A DNA stretch of 64,000 nucleotides, taken from the NCBI RefSeq assembly GCF_006345805.1, contig NC_043019.1, positions 26,411,360 to 26,475,359 on the forward strand. Reading direction: 5' to 3'. Shown here one piece after another: positions 1-11,829 of this stretch. This stretch comes from Octopus sinensis. Its lineage: Eukaryota. Below the pieces are notes generated by a model. The model saw only the letters and a program-made list of their open reading frames with translations. It was not told where the DNA came from and searched no databases. Each line of letters starts with the position of its first letter. The first letter of the stretch is position 1. The translations under genes were made by a program, and so were the position numbers.

Positions 1-943
1 TGGTCACACCCCTTCTGCCATTGATGAGGCATCTGTCCGTCAAGTTGAGGCTGCCATTTTGGAAGATCGACACATAACTATTCGCCAAATAGCCCATGAG
101 GTCAAGATTGTACCGGGTCTGTGGAAACTATCATTCATGAACATTTGCATATGCAAAAGGTGTCTGCAAGATAGATTCCCAGGTTGCTCACGCCTTTCCA
201 GAAGCAAGAACGCGTCGATAGCTTGAGGATGAATTGGAGAGTGTGCCAAGAAGATGAGTCAAAAATTTTTCAAAAGACTGATTACACAGGATTGTGAAAC
301 CTGGGTCCATCACTATGCATCCAGAGACTAAAGCCCAGTCAATGCAGTGGAAGCACCGTGATCACCTCCTCCAAAGAGGTAAGGGTGCAGCCCTCGCTGG
401 CAAGGTCAATGCTCACAGTCTTCTGGGACAGGACAGAGTAGTGATGACAGATGTCCTGGCAAGGGTACCACAATTACAGGAGCCTATTATGCTTCACTTT
501 GAGGAATTTAAAAGAAGCTATCAAAATCAAGAGGCGGGGCAAGATCAGCAAAAGCATCTTCCTCCTGCAGGACAACGCTCCGGTCCCCAACTCGCTTGTC
601 GCCAGATCAGAAGCACAGGCGTGCGGCTATGATGTCCACCTCCATCCCCCCTACTCTCTTGACCTTGCACCCTCTGATGTTCACCTCTTCCCAGCCATGA
701 AGTTGTTTTTGAAAGGAAAGCGTTTCCCAGATGATGCAGCCTTGATTTCTGAAGTCACGTCGTGGTTGGAGGACCGAGCTGGGGTCTTCTACAAAAACGG
801 TCTCCAGAGCTGCATCAAACGATGGGACAAATGCGTAACTCTGGATAGTTCCTATGTAGAAAAAGACTAATAACTGTGCCAGGTTTCCTTGCTCTACTGT
901 TATGGAAAGTGGGTCAGGGGCATTACTTATTAAACGCCCCTCG
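1..943 (+). mobile_element. Mariner (DD34D) transposon, 3' part, frameshifted transposase plus right TIR
   Basis: Translation gives R*IPRLLT (WVPRxLT motif), ETKAQSMQWK, QDNAP-x34-D spacing with HPPYSLDLAPSD, and ends YVEKD* at 870. Terminus ...AAACGCCCCTCG at 943 is followed by TA. Truncated by the window start. Confidence 0.93.
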
Positions 944-1224
944 TATATATGCTTACGTATGAATATATGTATATGTATGTAGGGTTGTATTTTTACATAC
1001 ACACTTGCATACACACATACACACATACACAAAGCATACATGCACTCACACATACATAGATACATACATACACACATACACACAAGCGTACATGCATACA
1101 TACACCCACATATATATATATATAAATACATATAGGTACAGATACAAATATATAAATATATACATGTATAAAATTATTTCTTATACACACACAAACACAC
1201 AAGCAAACACACACACGCATATTC

Positions 1225-1410
1225 TTTTACTTGTTTCAGTCATTTGACTGTGGCCATGCTGGAGCACCACTTTTACTTGAGTAAATCGATCCCAGGACTT
1301 ATTCTTTGTAAGCCTAGTATTATTCTATCGGTCTCTTTTGCCGAATCACTAGGTTACGGGGATGTAAACACACCAGCATCGGTTGTCAAGCAATGTTGTG
1401 ATGACAAACA
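1225..1410 (-). mobile_element. tRNA-derived SINE family S1, 3' half
   Basis: Reverse complement matches the 3' half of the full S1 copies at 3901 and 9526. Confidence 0.8.
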
Positions 1411-1494
1411 CAAACACACAAACATGTACACACACATACAGATGTATGTACTTATATGTGTGTGTGTATATGTTCGTGTGTATGTTTGTGTGTT

Positions 1495-1690
1495 GTGGTG
1501 GCATGTATAAAGCACCCACTACACTCCTGGAGTGGTTGGTGTTAGGAAAGGCATCCAGCCATAGAAACCTTGCCAAATTAGACTGGAACCTGGTGCAGTT
1601 CCCTGGTTTAACAGTTTTCAATCAGACCATCCAACCTATGCCAACATGGAAAGCGGACATTAAATGATAATGATGATGATGATGATGATG
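1495..1690 (+). mobile_element. Short interspersed element with (GAT)n tail (RTE-type 3' end); related copies near 2128-2315, 35985-36430(-), 41110-41385, 41725-41890(-), 45985-46080, 50950-51495, 53295-53590(-)
   Basis: Recurrent AAAAGCACCCACTACACTC..GGAAGGGCATCCAGC..CCAACCCATGCYAGCATGGAAA..AAA(TGA)n sequence. The RTE link is inferred from the tail type. Confidence 0.7.
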
Positions 1691-1856
1691 GAGATGAATT
1701 GAACTGTTTTTATTAAAAATCACTACAGTTGTTTCAGTACATAATTATCAGGTGTTAATTGCTGAGTGTGACACAAATTATGTCCATAGTGCATTAATAT
1801 TTCATATAATTATTACACATTATTATCCAAATTATATATATATATATATATATATA

Positions 1857-2060
1857 GGGAGAGTTTATGAAAAAACAAAAGACGAAGACAGGTGGTGTAC
1901 AAAACAAACAGATGTATTAGTATAACGCTCAGGAATAGAAAAAGTCTTTTACGTTTCGAGCCTATGCTCTTCTACAGAAAGGGACACAGAAAAAACAAGG
2001 AGAGAAACAAGGAGAGCAAAAAAATGTGTGTAGTGGCTAACAATCTATCATGGCGACTGA
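1857..2060 (-). mobile_element. TA-flanked short element family A with hammerhead-like core (1946-1981)
   Basis: Fixed end GGGAGA abuts (TA)n here and at 3426 and 5534. Minus strand reads CTTT CTGTAGA A GAGC ATAG GCTC GAA ACGT A AAAG. Confidence 0.7.
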
Positions 2061-2936
2061 TATATATATGCCTATATATATTATATATATATTATATATA
2101 TATGCCTATGTATATATATTATAGATAGGCATGTAAAAGCACCCACTACACTCTTGGAGTGGTTGGCATTAGGAAGGGCATCCAGCTGTAGAAACACTGC
2201 CAGATCAGATTGGAGCCTGGTGCAGCCTACTGACTAACTAGTTCTCAGTCAAACTGTCCAACCCATGCCAGCATGGAAAGTGGATGTGAAATGACGACGG
2301 TGATGATGATGATGATGTATATCTATATGTAAACTGAAAAAATCTGGCACTTGGTTGGTTGCAAAGATGAAAAGGGAACTATTTCTCTCTCTCTCTCTCT
2401 CTTTATATATATTCATAGAAATTTGTATATATTTGTAATGTGAATACAATTATAAAGCTCTCTACTCTCTTTCTGCGTTTGTCTGTCAGGAAACAACGGA
2501 AAAACGAGTGATAAGAATTGTAAAATCCATCAATAAATTTGTATTTTGGCCTGAAGTGTGGATTACAGAGATATTAGTTGTGGGGGTGGTTTGGTTTATT
2601 TGAACTGGTAATGTATATGTGCGTGTGTATATATCTGTATGAGTTTGGCTTGTGTGTGGTGTGTGTGTGTGTGTCTATATTAGTGTTTGGGTTATTAGTG
2701 GAGAAAATAAGTGTAATAAAATCGATGGTTAATCCTGTATCTGGAGTTGAACATAATAAACACTATATTTCAATGTATTGAGTTCTACCTGGTTGAAAAT
2801 ATTCACCTCGCACACACACTTCTAACAAAATATGCATATCGATATATAATATTATATATATATATATATATATAGATATATATTATATATATATATTATA
2901 TAATATATGTATGTTATATATGTATGTATGTATATA

Positions 2937-2972
<36 letters not shown>

Positions 2973-3065
2973 TGTGTATATATGTGTATATGTATGTAGT
3001 ATATATATATGTATATATGTATATATGTATGTACATATATATGTATGTATATATGTATATATAGG

Positions 3066-3096
<31 letters not shown>

Positions 3097-3204
3097 GTAA
3101 TATGTATATTTATGTAATTACATATATATATGTGTGTGGGTGTGTATATATATATATGTATATGTATATATGTATATATTATTATATATATATATGTATA
3201 TATG

Positions 3205-3235
<31 letters not shown>

Positions 3236-3287
3236 ATGTAGATATGTATATATATGTGATACATATGTATATGTATATATATAATTA

Positions 3288-3322
<35 letters not shown>

Positions 3323-3425
3323 GTGTATATATATGTATATCTATATATGTATATACACACATATGTACAAATATGTGCATGCATGCACATGTATACATAT
3401 ACATACCCATACATCCATATATATA

Positions 3426-3608
3426 GGGAGAATTCACAGAAAAAAACCCCCAAAAGACGAAAACAGGTGGTGTAGACAAGGAACAGATGTATTAGTATGA
3501 CCCTCGGGAAGTGAAAAAGTCTTTAACGCTCTTCCACAGAAAGGAACACAGAAAGAAACAAGGAGAGAAAATAAAGAGAGAAAATAAAGAATGTGTATTG
3601 GCTAGTGA
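3426..3608 (-). mobile_element. Family A copy with the hammerhead stem II deleted
   Basis: Aligns to 1857-2060 but reads AACGCTCTT where the intact copy reads TACGTTTCGAGCCTATGCTCTT. Confidence 0.65.
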
Positions 3609-3622
3609 TATGCCTACACGTA

Positions 3623-3822
3623 TGAAGGGCTGTTGAAAAGTTTCTGGCTTTGGGCAAAAGAAAATACACGATTCTATTCAACATATTCTCCACTCAGATT
3701 CACACACTTATTGCAGTAGTACTTCCTTTTTTCTAAGCCCTGTAAAAGAACTTGGAAGGTTGGAACTCCAACCAGGCCTTTCATGATACCGTTAAAGCCA
3801 GGAATTTTTCAGCACCTCATCA
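3623..3822. mobile_element. Mariner-type MITE
   Basis: TA-TGAAGGGCTGTTGAAAAGTTTCTGGCTTT at the left, AAAGCCAGGAATTTTTCAGCACCTCATCA-TA at the right (imperfect TIRs, TA flanks). Confidence 0.75.
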
Positions 3823-3900
3823 TACATACATATATATATATTTATGTACATACATAACACACCATCAACATGAACATTTAATGTACATACATACACACAA

Positions 3901-4290
3901 GAGTGGCTGTGTGGTAAGTAGCTTGCTTACCAACCACATGGTTCTGGGTTCAGTCCCACTGTGTGGCACCTTGGGCAAGTGTCTTCTACTATAGCCTCAG
4001 GCCGACCAAAGCCTTGTGGGTGGATTTGGTAGACGGAAACTGAAAGAAGCTCGTCGTATATATGTATATGTTTATATATGTGTGTGTGTTTGTCCCCCCC
4101 CCCAACATCGCTTGACAACCAATGCTGGTGTGTTTATGTCTCCGTAACTTAGCGGCTCGGCAAAAGAGACCGATAGAATAAATACTAGGCTTACAAAGAA
4201 TAAGTCCTGGGGTCGATTTGCTTGACTAAAGGCGATGCTCCAGCATGGCTGCAGTCAAATAACTGAAACAAGTAAAAGAGTAAGGAGTGA
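3901..4290 (+). mobile_element. tRNA-derived SINE family S1, full copy; others at 9526-9898, 19634-20050, 35030-35360(-), 48460-48875(-), 52090-52395, 57320-57720(-)
   Basis: Head (G)GAGTGGCTGTGTGGTAAG (A-box-like) and GGTTCAGTCCC (B-box-like), then CCTTGGGCAAGTGTCTT resembling the start of the CORE domain, an internal TA/TG microsatellite and an (AAAAGAGT)n tail. Confidence 0.85.
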
Positions 4291-4552
4291 AGGAGTATAT
4301 GCATACATACATGTCTACATAGAAAACTACATGCATATATGCATAGATATCTGCATACATACATACAAGAACTCGCTATATTTTCATGTAATTTATCTGT
4401 CATACACTTGTCATTTCTCGCCTGATACACCACTCCTGATACTATTACTATAATAATGGTGATAGATGCGCTCAAAAACAAACATATGCACACACAGACA
4501 TACATGAACATAAATACATAATGTGCCCACACACACTCCCACATGTATACGG

Positions 4553-4589
<37 letters not shown>

Positions 4590-4751
4590 ATAAGATATTA
4601 TATATATATATATATATATTATAATATATATATATTATAGATATATATATTATATATAATATTATATATATAATATATATATAATATATATATATATTTA
4701 TAATATTATATAATATTTACATATAATATATATATATATATATATGTATAT

Positions 4752-4851
4752 NNNNNNNNNNNNNNNNNNNNNNNNNNNNNNNNNNNNNNNNNNNNNNNNN
4801 NNNNNNNNNNNNNNNNNNNNNNNNNNNNNNNNNNNNNNNNNNNNNNNNNNN
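4752..4851. other. Assembly gap (100 N)
   Basis: Run of 100 N between an AT microsatellite and a family A fragment. Confidence 1.
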
Positions 4852-5379
4852 AGACAGGTGGTGTACAAAACAAACAGATGTATTAGTATAACACTCAGGA
4901 ATAGAAAAAAGTCTTTACCAACGTTTTATTATTTTCAGTGAAATTTCAATGACATTATCATCATCACAACCACCATCATCGTCGTCACTATTTTATTCCT
5001 TATCAGTGTTAAATTAAAATTCATAATTAAGGTAAAAAAAAAATGATAGATAGACAGAATGGAATAAACGGAGCAGGATGATAGATGCTGAGAGAAAAAG
5101 TTGCCGAAGAGGTCACAGATGTGTGACAAAAGATTTCCAGACAATGGGTATAAGATAGATTTCTTTATTGGCCAGACAAGGCTGAACACAGAAGGGGCAA
5201 AATACAAAGTATAGCTTTTCTTTTGGGAAAAAGAGAAGGAAAAAAATGGGGGTCGAATTCCCATCAAAAGGGATCATGAAAAGAAAGAAAAAAATGGGGC
5301 TCAATCAGGATAAAATAAGAACAGTAATAAACAAGTGAGTAACGAATATATAGTGTGTTTACTTAGCAATATATATATA

Positions 5380-5531
5380 TTTTTTTCTCTCCTTGTTTTT
5401 TCTGTGTCCCTTTCTGTAGAAGAGCGTAGGCTCGAAATGTAAAAGACTTTTTCTATTCCTGAGCGTTATACTAATACATCAGTTTGTTTTGTACACCACC
5501 TGTCTTGTCTTTTGTTTTTTTTGTAAACTCT

Positions 5532-5534
<3 letters not shown>
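5380..5534 (+). mobile_element. Family A copy with hammerhead-like core (5410-5445)
   Basis: CTTT CTGTAGA A GAGC GTAG GCTC GAA ATGT A AAAG; ends CTCTCCC then (TA)n. Confidence 0.7.
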
Positions 5535-5565
<31 letters not shown>

Positions 5566-5700
5566 CAACAAAAATTGAGGAGTTTTACATTAATAGGGAG
5601 TGTGGCAGTAATTCCTAATGAAAGCTGAAACTAACCCTAATCCACCCCATCTCACACTTCTTACCACATTAACTATTCTGGGTGAATAATTAATTATTAA

Positions 5701-6353
5701 CCCATTACCATCTGGAATACTCTGTGAAATGTAATCTTTATTCTCATTGTTTTGAATTAATCAGACATTATCTTGTAGCTTTGAGATTTCAATGATGTGA
5801 TTGTTTATACTTTAGAATAACATTGTAGGGTAGGTGTGAGAAGCTTGATCTGACCAGTTTGAACACAAAACAGGTAGAGTATTTTGGGTCTTTTCGGTTT
5901 GAATGGCAGTTTTTTCTAGCAGTGTTATATGTAATTGTCACCCATAATTATGACCCTAGTATCGATCTATTGCATTTCAATCTGTTTTAGGGTTAGGGTT
6001 AGTTTGAGTTAGGGATGGGGGAAAGGTATCTTTTTTTCTTCACAAATGTAAATAAACCCAATCTGTTTCTTAAACGAGGGACATATTCATACGGCACAGA
6101 ATGTCTTCACCTCAATAGACGTCATTGATTAGTTGAAATTGCAGAAATTGAAGAAAAACAACAACAAATATCTTACAAACTATAGAATTTTCTCAATAAA
6201 GCCAAGAGAAAAAAATGTTTTATAAACACATTCTATCAGTATACGAAGTTTAAAAGTGTTTAGTTACGTGGAAATTATTTTAAAATACTGCCGGTCAAAC
6301 TGAAAAGATCCAGTATTTTTATGTTAGATGTGGCCAGTTTAAATGCTAAAGGG
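5701..6353. mobile_element. TTAA-CCC...GGG MITE (piggyBac-like ends) interrupted by an hAT MITE; right-end fragment of the same family at about 57720-57870
   Basis: TTAA|CCC at 5697-5703 and TTTAAATGCTAAAGGG at the right end; the body resumes after the insert. Confidence 0.6.
5886..6311. mobile_element. hAT-type MITE with 8-bp TSD; copies at 13451-13858 and about 31738-32123 (left-truncated)
   Basis: TIR GG(G/A)TCTTTTCGGTTTGAAYGGCAG / CTGCCG(G/T)TCAAAC(T/C)GAAAAGATCC. TSD AGTATTTT at 5878-5885 and 6312-6319; the 13451 copy has TSD AAAGATCT/AAAGATCC. Confidence 0.85.
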
Positions 6354-6767
6354 TAGAAGTTGACCTAATACTACCCTGATAGCCACGTCTCACACCAGAT
6401 ACCTCACTAGTCTATTCAGGGTGTGTAGCATGTTTAGCACTGAACCTGGAACCATGTGGATGTGAAGCAAACTTCTCATCACACAACTAAATGCCTACCC
6501 TTTGCCTTAACAATATATATCTCCTTTTTCTTTTAATGAAGTAAATGTTTTAGCATTTTTAAATGTAAATTATAAGGATATCATTTCGAAATAAATAAAA
6601 AGACTCTTGCAATTATATTAGAAGGTCCCCCAGCCTAGATGCATGTCCAGGTAAGGCTGAATAATGGGAATATATTTGATTTTCTGAGGCGAAGCCACTT
6701 TTACAAGCCTCAGCGTATATATGTACGTGTATGTACACACACACACGTATGGATTTGTCCATGTATA

Positions 6768-7215
6768 CAGGCATAACTCGGCTTAAGTCGTTTTGATTTA
6801 AGTCGTTCTCGATTATACGTTGGTTTTCAAAAATAATATATGGAAAAATAAAAATTAAGCTAAGTCATTTTACATGACTTTATGTCTGCTCACCACAAAT
6901 ATTTGAGACGTAAAATCACTAGAAAAACCGTTAAAAGCACATAAAATCACGTTACTGTACAATAAATAAGAATAAAAACATACAAAAATCATATTAAAAT
7001 ACGTACACTAAAATAGGTTTTTATTAACAATGTATTATCGAAAATGCATTCATAAATAAAGTACAGAACTGGGAATGGTTATTATCGGTTTAGCCTAGAG
7101 ACAAGTAAATTCGGCCAGGCCTAGCCTAGAGACAAGTAAATTCGGCCTGGCGTAGCCTGGAGACAAATTAATTTAAGTCGTGTCTTCTGGAACGATGTAG
7201 GGTGAGGTATGCCTG
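6768..7215. mobile_element. pogo/Tigger-like non-autonomous DNA transposon
   Basis: TA|CAGGCATAACTCG at the left, GAGGTATGCCTG at the right. Internal roughly 31-bp triplication AGCCTAGAGACAAGTAAATTCGGCC at about 7092-7170. Confidence 0.75.
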
Positions 7216-7439
7216 TTTATGCAAGCTCATGTATATAGTTAGGAGGAGATATATCAGAAAGCAAACGGTTTGTTTTTCACGAGAAATGTCTGCACACGAT
7301 TCATTAGTTTCTTGTCCATCTTTCCTTTACGATTGGCTGAGAGTTTCTTCTGCCTGCCCGTCTGTCTGCCTGTTGGTCTCCCTGTTTATTTGCCTGCCTA
7401 TCTCTTTGTTTGTCTGTCTGTTTGTCTTATAATAATAAT

Positions 7440-9255
7440 AAACATTGTGTACAGTGCTCAGGTGCACTACAACTCATCTGAAGTGCATATATAATCAGGT
7501 GTAGTTTCGACGGATTTCGGAAAGCATGAGGGCCTTAAAGGATGCAGTGTCATGGCAGTCAACAACTGACGCAGGCAGTTTATTCCATGCTTCAGCAACT
7601 CTGAGCGTGAAGAAATGTTTCCGAAAGTCATGGGAGCTGTGTGTTTTCTGACTTTGTAGGCATGTCCACGTGTGTTAGACACATGGAGATCAAAAGGTGT
7701 TCAGTGTTGTTATTGGTGAGGTGGTTGACAACTTTGTGGGCGTTTACCAAGTCCGTCGCCAGACGCCGGAGCTTCAGTGAATCCATGCCCAGGGAAACAA
7801 GGCGCTCAGAATATGGTAGGTGTCTGATGGAGGGTATGCGTTTGGTTGCACGTCTCTGAACAGATTCCAGGAGGTCAATGTTCTGAGCAAGATAGGGGTT
7901 CCAAACTGATGATGCGAATTCCAAGTGTGGTCGTACCATAGTTGTGTAACGTGAAAGGATCTATCATCGAAGCACTGGCAGGGTGTCGAGATCCTTTCTA
8001 GTCACATACAAAAATTCTTGTAGAAAACAAACAGACGAAATCAGGTTAAAGGTGAACAGACAACTTGGTTTATTGATTCATGGTTGTACGTTGTCTGATG
8101 GGGGAATAGACAGCCTCTGATATACTGCTGGTGTTGGTCGTTGAGGTTGGTTGAAGTTGGTTGAAGCTGGTGTGTGGCTGTCAGAGCCAGGAGAACCGTG
8201 ACCGATCGCAGTGCTGTCTTGAGCCGAAGAGAGAGATTTGAGGTTCGCGGGCTCGAGAGATGTTTTCCCGCACATGCGCATGGGGAAGACTTCCGGTGGC
8301 CACCCGGAAGCAGTCCCATTCTGCGCATGCGCGCCGAACCCTACACTGTAGCATCACTACAGGGCTCCCCTCCGAGTGCGAAGTACGGCAACCAGAATAT
8401 TGTGGTGGTGCTGCAGAAAACAGAAGGCTTGCCGATCCCCCAGAAGACTTGGTACATACTATTATACAATAAGAAACATTTTAAAGTTAAATGTAAATTG
8501 TTTTTGAAAGTTTCTTGGGCCAATGCACTGTTCTGCCCGACTTTGTAACATACGGTGTGCTCGGGGCACCGTTGACGGCGAGGGTGGTGTTGTAGGAGCC
8601 GGTGAAGGTGTTTGTGCAGGTGAAGGCGTTTGTGCAGGTGAAAGTGTTGTTAAAGGTGCATAGGTGGGTGTGTCAAGGTTGTCATCAAAAGATGAAGACG
8701 TCTCAAAATGTGCCTTTTTTAAACGGTCCACGGAAACGGTCTCCGAACGACCATTTATCTCAATCGTGAAAACCTTTGGTGTGCGAGAAAGCACACGAAA
8801 AGGTCCTTTATAGGGAGAAACAAGTGGGCCCTTCACAGAATCGTCCCGAACAAAAACATGCGACCAGGTGTTCATATCCGGTGGAAGATGGGACGGTGGA
8901 GATTGCTTTCTGGGAAGCATGGGCGGAAGGTTTGAAAAATATTCCCGCAGTCTGGTGACATAGGTCGCCGGATCATGGGGCGGGGAAGTGTCTGGCACCA
9001 ACATCGTACCGGGCAATGCCAGTGTGGTACCATACAGCAGCTCTGCAGCAGAAAACCCCAGGTCTGCCTTGACAGCAGTCCGACAGCCGAGAAGCACAAT
9101 GGGCAGAAATTCGATCCAGGACTTCCGGTGACCACCCGGAAGCAGTCCCATTCTGCGCATGCGCGCCGAACCCTACACTGTAGCATCACTACAGTTGTAT
9201 ACAGTTTTAAATAGATGGCTGGAGAGCGGCTAACAAAAGTCTTGGAAATGGACTT
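7440..9255 (-). mobile_element. CR1/L2-group LINE 3' fragment, split by the Gypsy insertion (pieces 7440-7944 and 9194-9255)
   Basis: Rejoined translation SKTFVSRSPAIYLKLYTTMVRPHLEFASSVWNPY..ESVQRRATKRIP..YSERL..NTRGHAYK..WNKLP, followed by a 3' hairpin and an (ATT)n tail. Confidence 0.9.
7945..9193 (-). mobile_element. Ty3/Gypsy LTR retrotransposon, internally deleted: about 75 nt of 5' LTR (9193-9119), integrase C-terminus, PPT (8362-8373), full 3' LTR (8361-7945)
   Basis: TG..CA ends and 4-bp TSD GTTG (7941-7944, 9194-9197). PPT GGAGGGGAGCCC. Integrase tail WIEFLPIVLLGCRT..SAAELLYG..LPG..VFVR..PYKGPFRVL..VSVDRLKKAH (GPF motif). Confidence 0.92.
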
Positions 9256-9949
9256 TTATATTTTTTTACATTAATAATGGTTTCAAATTTTGGCAAAAGT
9301 CCAGAAGTTTTAAAAAGAGAAAGTCAATTACACCAACCCCAGTTTTCATCTGGTACTTATTTTATCAACCCTGAAGGAATAAAAGGTGAGGTCAGCCTTG
9401 GTAGAATTTGAACTCAGGATGTTAAGAATTGGACGAAATGCTGCTAAGCATTTTGTCCAATGTGTTAATGCTTCTGCCAGCTCACCATCATTTATCAGTT
9501 CTATCATTGATGGAAATAAATCGCAGGAGTGGCTGTGTGGTAAGTAGCTTGCTAACCAACCACATGGTTCCGGGTTCAGTCCCACTGCGTGGCATCTTGG
9601 GCAAGTGTCTTCTGCTATAGCCCCGGGCCGACCAATGCTTTGTGAGTGGATTTGGTAGACGGAAACTGAAAGAAGCCGGTCGTATATATGTATATATATA
9701 TATATGTGTGTGTGTTTGTGTTTGTCCCCCTGGCATTGCTTGACAACCGATGCTAGTGTGTTTACGTCCCCGTCACTTAGCGGTTCGGCAAAAAGAGACC
9801 GATAGAATAAGTACTAGGGGTCGATTTGCTCGACTAAAGGCGGTGCTCCAGCATGGCCGCAGTCAAAATGACTGAAACAAGTAAAAGAGTAAAAGAGTAT
9901 CTGACCGCTTCTGTTGCTATTAATTATTTTTTTTTAATAAGCCCACTGG

Positions 9950-10295
9950 CTATTTGTGCCACCAGTGCTTGAATAGACACTGGTCTGGCATTCCATCAGT
10001 TTCGACAACGAGGGTTCCGGTTGATCCAATTAATGGAACAGCTTGCTTGTGAAATTAATGTGTAAGTGGCTGAGTACTCCACAGACACGTGTACCCTTAA
10101 TGTAGTTCTCAGGGAGATTCAGTGTGACACAGAGCGTGACAAGGCTGGACCTTTGAATTACAGGTACGGCTCATCCTTACCAGTTGAGTGGACTGGAGCA
10201 ACATGAAATAAAGTGCCTTGCTCAAGGATAGTACAAGCCACTGGGAATTGAACTCACAGCCTTATGATTGCGAGCTGAATACCACAGCCATTAAG
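9950..10295 (-). mobile_element. tRNA-derived SINE sharing its 3' body with family S3; related copy about 39290-39535(+)
   Basis: Reverse complement contains GAGAACTACATTAAGGGTACACGTGTCTGTGGAGTACTCAGCCACTTACAC as in 58019-58405. Confidence 0.7.
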
Positions 10296-11798
10296 CCATG
10301 CACCTTTGGATTTCTATATATATCACTGTCATTGGTAAACTTTCGCTTACCAATGACAAGGCCAAGGAAGACCAAAATCATGTGATTTGGCAGTGCCTGC
10401 AGTGGTAGCGGACAATTATCTTCTGCTAGCAATATAAACACAAGTGCTTATATGCACCACAAGTGCATATGAGAAGTTCTTTCAAGGAAAATAAACATCA
10501 ATACATTTCAGAATATATGGTAACAGAATGCTCACTCTTTTATCGTTTGCTTCAATATTTTAAACACAAACACAAAAACTCACAGACACACATACACACA
10601 AATACACGTATATGATGAGCTTCTTTCAGTTTCTATCAACCAGATCCACCCATAAGGCCTGAGTCAGCCTGAGACTTTAGTAGAAGACACTTAGCCCATG
10701 TGCCATGCAGTGGGACTGAACCCGGAACCATGTAGTTGGGAAGCAAACTTCTTACCACACAAGCCAAGCCTGCACCTATACAAACACTCACTCACACACA
10801 CACACACACACACATTGTCACATGCATACATCAACACCAACACAATGTACTGTCATGTACAGTGCATAAAAATATAGTGCATATAAATGCACTGCCATAT
10901 ACAGAGACTTATACGTGTGACCATACTCACATAGGAAATGCACGCATATACACACACAGACTCACACGATGTCATCAACCCGGATATTGCTTTAGGTTAT
11001 CAGAGCCACACCTTTAAATCCCTACCCTTCTCCATACACCTTCACCTCATCATCATCAGCCTCTCCACTTCGTGCTTGCGTCCCTGTTTCCGGTGGCCTA
11101 CTTTCACTTTCGTTTTACTCCCACCTCTAACTACTCACCCTTTTCCACCTGTGCTTATCTACCCCCCCTTATCCAACAGTTTAATAATTTCCCTTTACTT
11201 CCGTATCTGTTAATCTCTCCCTCCTCTTCCCCTTCTTTCTCTTGTTTTATAGTAAAAATAATAATGATAATTATAATAATAATAATAATTATTATTATTA
11301 TCCTTTTGCCTATTTCTTCTTTCCCAACCACCATCCCCAGCGGACCTCTGATACATCCTGTTGCATTTTCCTTCGGAACTCCCACCCTCTACGATCCATT
11401 ATTTTATCAGTTGCTGCTCGTTCATCCATACCTCTTCCTCCACACAACCACCTCCTCCTCCTCTTCCCTCCTCCACAACCGCCTCCTTCTACGTACTGTA
11501 TGATGTGTTCCTTCTCCTTCTATGTTTTCATTACCGAAGTGACAAAACCCACGGTACGCCATCTTGTAAATAATATTTTCAATTAGGAATATATAACCTC
11601 CCCACCTCTCTCTCTTTATTAATGGTCGTAAATCTTCGAAGAGAAATGGTAGATTCGATATAACTGTGTACAATGATATATTGGTTTCAAGTTTTGGCAC
11701 AAGGCCAGCAAGTTTGAGAATGGGACAGAAAATGTTCTGCCAAGACATGCAGCGTTGGTGCTATCATCATCATCATCATCAGCATCATCATCATCATC

Positions 11799-11829
<31 letters not shown>

